From NCBI GenBank assembly GCA_963783385.1, contig CAWANJ010000009.1, forward strand, positions 352,001 through 416,000: a stretch of DNA of 64,000 bases, given 5' to 3'. The translations under genes were made by a program, and so were the position numbers. Shown here piece by piece: positions 58,428 through 64,000 of this stretch (the stretch's first letter is position 1; every line of letters begins with the position of its first letter). A model generated the notes under the pieces. It saw only the letters and a list, made by a program, of their open reading frames with translations. It searched no databases and was not told the origin of the DNA. Source of the DNA: an uncultured Gemmatimonadales bacterium. GTDB lineage: Bacteria; Gemmatimonadota; Gemmatimonadetes; Palauibacterales; Palauibacteraceae.

Positions 58428-59161
58428 GGCTCGCGCGCAAGGACTTCGCGAGAGCCCTGGCCCGGACGTTCGCGGCGCAGGGTACCTGGAACTACGGGTC
58501 CTACATGGCCGGCGGCCTGGCGTTCTCCCTCCTGCCGTTGCTCGAGCGCATCCACGCCGGCGATCCGGTCGGGCTCAGGCAGGCCATGGACCGTCATCTG
58601 CGTCCGTTCAACGCGCATCCGTACCTGGTGCCCCTCGCCGTGGGGGCCCTGGCTCGCCTGGAGTACGAGGGTGAGGACCCGGAGAGGATCGAGCGCTTCA
58701 GGACGGCGCTGAGCAGCAGCCTCGGCGCCGTGGGCGACCGACTGGTGTGGCAGGCCTGGCGTCCGTTCTGGTTGCTGATCTCGGTGCTGGCGTACAGTTT
58801 GGGATTCGGGCCCTGGGCGGCGGTCCTCCTGTTCCTGTTCCCTTACAACGTGGGTCACGTGGTGCTTCGCGCGTGGGGCCTCCGACGCGGGTGGGAGGAA
58901 GGGCTCGGCGTGGGCCGGACGATCTCGGCGCCGTGGATCCGGCGAACGGCCCGCCTGCTGGCGGGGGTCGATGTCGTGCTCCTCGGGGCCGTCACGGTGG
59001 CCCTGGTCGCCAAGCTGCAGGGCGGCGGCCTGCCGCTCACCGGCCGTGCCGTGGCAGCCGCGGTGATGGCGGCCTCCGGGATCGCCTGGCCGAGCGTCGT
59101 GGGAGCGGTCACGGGCGCTCTGGCCGCGCTGGCGGGCGCCGTGGCCTGGTTGCCGGGTTGA
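58424..59161 (+). CDS. PTS mannose-family EIID
   Basis: QGTWNY, H...FNAHPY, GAVGD.L.W. Confidence 0.87.
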   Translation: MRLARKDFARALARTFAAQGTWNYGSYMAGGLAFSLLPLLERIHAGDPVGLRQAMDRHLRPFNAHPYLVPLAVGALARLEYEGEDPERIERFRTALSSSLGAVGDRLVWQAWRPFWLLISVLAYSLGFGPWAAVLLFLFPYNVGHVVLRAWGLRRGWEEGLGVGRTISAPWIRRTARLLAGVDVVLLGAVTVALVAKLQGGGLPLTGRAVAAAVMAASGIAWPSVVGAVTGALAALAGAVAWLPG

Positions 59162-59171
59162 GGGAGAGGAC

Positions 59172-59522
59172 GTGACGAACACCATGCCGGAGATCGGGGG
59201 GGCGGGGATGCCTCAAGCGAGTCGTGAGGTGGCGATCCGTAACCGCAACGGGCTCCATGCGCGCCCCGCGGCGGCCTTCGTGAAGCTGGCCTCCCGCTTC
59301 CGTTCCGAGATCCTCGTGTCCCGGGACGACCTGGAGGTGAACGGCAAGAGCATCATGGGGGTGCTCATGCTCGCCGCCGAGCCCGGGGCCGTGCTCACCA
59401 TCCGCGCGGTGGGCGAGGACGCCGAGCGGGCCGTGGACGCTCTCGTGCGGCTGGTGGCCGAGGACGAGGGCGAGCCGGATCCGTTCGAGGACCCCGACGA
59501 CCTCGAGGACGCCATCCCATGA
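59172..59522 (+). CDS. ptsH: Phosphocarrier protein HPr
   Basis: GLHARPA (His15) and NGKSIMG (Ser46); start may be downstream. Confidence 0.93.
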   Translation: MTNTMPEIGGAGMPQASREVAIRNRNGLHARPAAAFVKLASRFRSEILVSRDDLEVNGKSIMGVLMLAAEPGAVLTIRAVGEDAERAVDALVRLVAEDEGEPDPFEDPDDLEDAIP

Positions 59523-61288
59523 ACCGGCATCTTCAGGGCATCGGTGCTTCGGCGGGCCGCGTCCTGGGTCGGGTGCGCTTCGTGCGCCTCACCGTCCCGC
59601 CCGTGGCCCACAGGACGATCGCCCCGGAGGACGTGCCGTCCGAGCTGGTCCGTTTCGAGGAGGCGAGGCGCTGGGCGGTGGACCGCACCCGGGCCCTGGC
59701 CGAGCGGACCCGGGAACGAATGGGGGAGGTCGAGGCCCAGGTCTTCGACCCGCAGGTCCTCATGCTGGAGGACCCCGACCTGGTGGAGGGGACGCGGGCC
59801 TACATCCGCGAGAACTACCTGTCGGCCGAGCGGGCCTTCGATTGGCGGCTCCTGGAGATCCGCTCTCGCTTCCTCGATTCGGTGCACGCCATGGTGCTGG
59901 ACCGGATAGCGGACCTGCAGGACATCCGCTTCCGCGTCCTGTCCAGGCTCGAGGGCGTCTCCGACACGATGCCGTGGGAGGATGGCGGAGAGCCGGCCGT
60001 TCTCGCGTTCCACGACCTCATGCCCAGCGTCGCGGCGCGACTGGAGCCGGAGGGTGTGTTGGGGCTCCTCACCTCCGCTGGCTCGCGGACGTCGCACAGC
60101 GCTGTTCTCGCACGGTCGATCGGTATTCCCGCCGTGGTCGGCCTCGGCGAACGACTCGACGAGATCGAGGATGGCACGACGATCATCATGGACGGCTCGA
60201 CGGGACGCATCGTGGTCGATCCCGGCCGCGACGCGGTCGAGGGCTACCGTCGTTTGGTAGCCGAAGACAGCACGCGCCGGGCCCGCATCGAGGCGCTGGC
60301 GCAGCGGCCGGCCGTCACCACCGACGGCGTGCGACTCACGCTGCGTGTGAACCTGGACCAGCCCGACGAGGTCCTCGAGGCGACTCGCGTCAACCCGGAG
60401 GGCGTCGGCCTGTTTCGGTCGGAGTTCCTGGTGATCGGGCGTCGGACGATACCGACGGAGGAGGAACAGTACCGAGCCTACCGGAAGGTCGTGGAGGCCT
60501 TCCCGGAGCACCCGGTCACCCTGCGCACCTTCGACATCGGCGGCGACAAGTTCCCGATTTTCCTGGACGCGCCGTCCGAGGCGAACCCGTACCTGGGCTG
60601 GCGGGCGATCCGGGTGTGCCTGGACCGTCCCGATCTGTTCCGGAACCAGCTGCGGGCGGCGGTCCGCGCCGGGGAGCACGGGCGCATGCGACTCCTGCTC
60701 CCGTTCATCGTCTCGGTGGACGAGGTCCGCCGGACGCGCGACCTGCTGCGCGAGGTGTGCGACTCGCTGGACCTGGCCGCGAGCGGCTGGGGCATTCCGC
60801 TCGGGGTCATGATCGAGACGCCGGCCGCGGCGGAGATCGTGGACCTGATCGCTCCCCACGTCGACTTCCTCAGCCTGGGCACCAACGACCTCACCCAGTA
60901 CGTCGTCGCCGTGGACAGGGGCGCTGCGCACCTGGCCGACCGCTACGAACCACTGCATCCGGCGCTCATGCGGATCTATCGGCGGCTGCGGGACAGCGCC
61001 GACGAGCACGGACTCGAGCTCGGCGTGTGCGGGGACCTGGCCACCGACCCGGTCGGGCTGGCGGCTCTCCTCGGGATCGGCTACCGGACGTTCAGCCTGC
61101 CACCGTACGTGTTCCCCGAGGTCAGGGAGTGGATCGCCGCCGTGTCGGTCGCGGAGCTCGAGGCGATCGCGGAGGAGACGGCGGGGGCGGAGACGGCCGG
61201 GGAGGTGCGGGTGCCCTTCCTACGCTACATGGAGGCCGCCGTGCCCTCCGGGGCGGTCCCAACGGGGCTGCTGTCCCGCCCGGAATGA
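59519..61288 (+). CDS. ptsI: PEP-protein phosphotransferase (Enzyme I)
   Basis: TSHSA phospho-His, GLFRSEF, RTFDIGGDK, MIETP, GTNDLTQY. Confidence 0.95.
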   Translation: MNRHLQGIGASAGRVLGRVRFVRLTVPPVAHRTIAPEDVPSELVRFEEARRWAVDRTRALAERTRERMGEVEAQVFDPQVLMLEDPDLVEGTRAYIRENYLSAERAFDWRLLEIRSRFLDSVHAMVLDRIADLQDIRFRVLSRLEGVSDTMPWEDGGEPAVLAFHDLMPSVAARLEPEGVLGLLTSAGSRTSHSAVLARSIGIPAVVGLGERLDEIEDGTTIIMDGSTGRIVVDPGRDAVEGYRRLVAEDSTRRARIEALAQRPAVTTDGVRLTLRVNLDQPDEVLEATRVNPEGVGLFRSEFLVIGRRTIPTEEEQYRAYRKVVEAFPEHPVTLRTFDIGGDKFPIFLDAPSEANPYLGWRAIRVCLDRPDLFRNQLRAAVRAGEHGRMRLLLPFIVSVDEVRRTRDLLREVCDSLDLAASGWGIPLGVMIETPAAAEIVDLIAPHVDFLSLGTNDLTQYVVAVDRGAAHLADRYEPLHPALMRIYRRLRDSADEHGLELGVCGDLATDPVGLAALLGIGYRTFSLPPYVFPEVREWIAAVSVAELEAIAEETAGAETAGEVRVPFLRYMEAAVPSGAVPTGLLSRPE

Positions 61289-61302
61289 AGCGCCCGCGCG
61301 CC

Positions 61303-61331
61303 TTGTCCGGTACGGGGTCCCGGGGTAGCTT
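61303..61331 (+). promoter_or_regulatory. Sigma70-type promoter for metK-ahcY
   Basis: TTGTCC-N17-TAGCTT. Confidence 0.55.
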
Positions 61332-61433
61332 CCCTAGCTTCGCGAGCCTGCCGGATGGCCCGCTCCCGAGCAGCAGCAGGGGCCGGGCGCCGACGAGTCT
61401 CCACACGACATCCAGGAAGCCGACGAGGGCCAT

Positions 61434-62594
61434 GTGAGTTCCTCGAAAAGTCATCATTTCTTCACCTCGGAGTCCGTGACCGCGGGCCATCCGGACAAGG
61501 TCGCCGACCAGATCTCGGACGCGGTCCTCGACGCCATGCTGACGGAGGACCCGGACGCCCGCGTGGCGTGCGAGACCCTGGTGACCACAGGCCTGGCGCT
61601 CCTGGCCGGAGAGGTCACGACCAGCGCCTATGTTCACCTCCCCGACGTCGTTCGCGACACGATCAGGTCGATCGGCTACGACGACCCCAGGATCGGCTTC
61701 GCGGCCGGGACCTGCGCCGTCCTGACGTCCATCGACAAGCAGTCGCCCGACATCGCCATGGGCGTGGACCGCGGAGGCGCCGGGGACCAGGGCATGATGT
61801 TCGGCTACGCCACGGACGAGACGCCCGAACTCATGCCGCTTCCGATCTCCCTGGCTCACCAGCTCACGCGCCGCCTCGCGACCGTTCGGCGTGACGGCAC
61901 CCTCCCGTGGCTCCGGCCGGATGGGAAGGCGCAGGTCACGGTCGAGTACGACGACGGCCAGCCGGTCCGGGTGAGTACGGTGGTCGTGTCCGCGCAGCAC
62001 ACGACGGAGCCGGACGACGCCACCATACGCGAGGGCATTCGTTCGTGCGTCATCGACCCGGTCCTCCCCGGTGGCATGGTCGATCCGGACGCGCTCGTGT
62101 GCCACATCAACCCGACGGGCCGGTTCGTGATCGGCGGGCCGCAGGGCGATGCGGGCGTGACCGGGCGCAAGATCATCGTGGACACCTACGGGGGCGTGGG
62201 CTCGCACGGCGGCGGAGCCTTCAGCGGCAAGGACCCCTCGAAGGTGGACCGCTCGGCGAGCTACGCTGCCCGTTGGGTCGCGAAGAACCTGGTCGCGGCA
62301 GGCCTCGCCCATCGGGCCGAGATCCAGATCGCCTACGCGATCGGCGTGGCGGAACCCGTGTCGGTCATGGTCGACAGCTTCGATACGGGCGAGGTCTCCG
62401 ACGAGGACCTCGTCCGCGTGGTGGAGAGCGTGTTCGACCTCCGGCCGGCGGCGATCATTGCCGAGCTGGACCTCAAGCGTCCCATCTACCGGCGGACGGC
62501 CGCCTACGGACACTTCGGGCGTCAGCCGGAGGCCGACGGCGGCTTCAGTTGGGAGCGCACGGACCGGGTGGACGCGCTGCGCGAGGCCATCTGA
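61434..62594 (+). CDS. metK: S-adenosylmethionine synthetase
   Basis: [37 protein letters not shown]. Confidence 0.97.
   Translation: MSSSKSHHFFTSESVTAGHPDKVADQISDAVLDAMLTEDPDARVACETLVTTGLALLAGEVTTSAYVHLPDVVRDTIRSIGYDDPRIGFAAGTCAVLTSIDKQSPDIAMGVDRGGAGDQGMMFGYATDETPELMPLPISLAHQLTRRLATVRRDGTLPWLRPDGKAQVTVEYDDGQPVRVSTVVVSAQHTTEPDDATIREGIRSCVIDPVLPGGMVDPDALVCHINPTGRFVIGGPQGDAGVTGRKIIVDTYGGVGSHGGGAFSGKDPSKVDRSASYAARWVAKNLVAAGLAHRAEIQIAYAIGVAEPVSVMVDSFDTGEVSDEDLVRVVESVFDLRPAAIIAELDLKRPIYRRTAAYGHFGRQPEADGGFSWERTDRVDALREAI

Positions 62595-64000
<1,406 letters not shown>

Noticed and set aside
61289-61433. Canonical SAM-I or SAH riboswitch
   Set aside because: Consensus core sequences not found by eye; kept only as an unclassified candidate leader

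Overview
GC-rich bacterial chromosome window, mostly housekeeping. The gene order (aroA-cmk-rpsA; argS-pfkB-purM-rib-nusB-hpf-hprK-mannose-type PTS-metK-ahcY) suggests Gemmatimonadota, which is an inference. Contents in order: (1) the 3' part of a caa3-type cytochrome c oxidase operon; (2) a Tat-exported sugar ABC transporter; (3) a selenocysteine formate dehydrogenase whose in-frame TGA at 9659-9661 is followed by a canonical SECIS hairpin, plus Fe-S and NrfD-like subunits; (4) an acetate module (acs, satP, porin); (5) a complete minus-strand his operon, preceded by a His-rich leader peptide with antiterminator and terminator, in which HisD runs into HisC with no stop in any frame; (6) a cysteine hydrolase and a flippase-like protein; (7) a long plus-strand run with an orphan E1-alpha, rnz, aroA, cmk, rpsA with an acidic repeat tail, propionyl-CoA carboxylase/methylmalonyl-CoA mutase genes, argS, purM, riboflavin genes, PTS genes, metK and a truncated ahcY. 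Two single-base frameshifts (about 24750 and 27268) look like sequencing errors. No tRNA, rRNA, CRISPR or mobile element was recognised. All calls come from reading the sequence and recalled motifs; no database searches were run.
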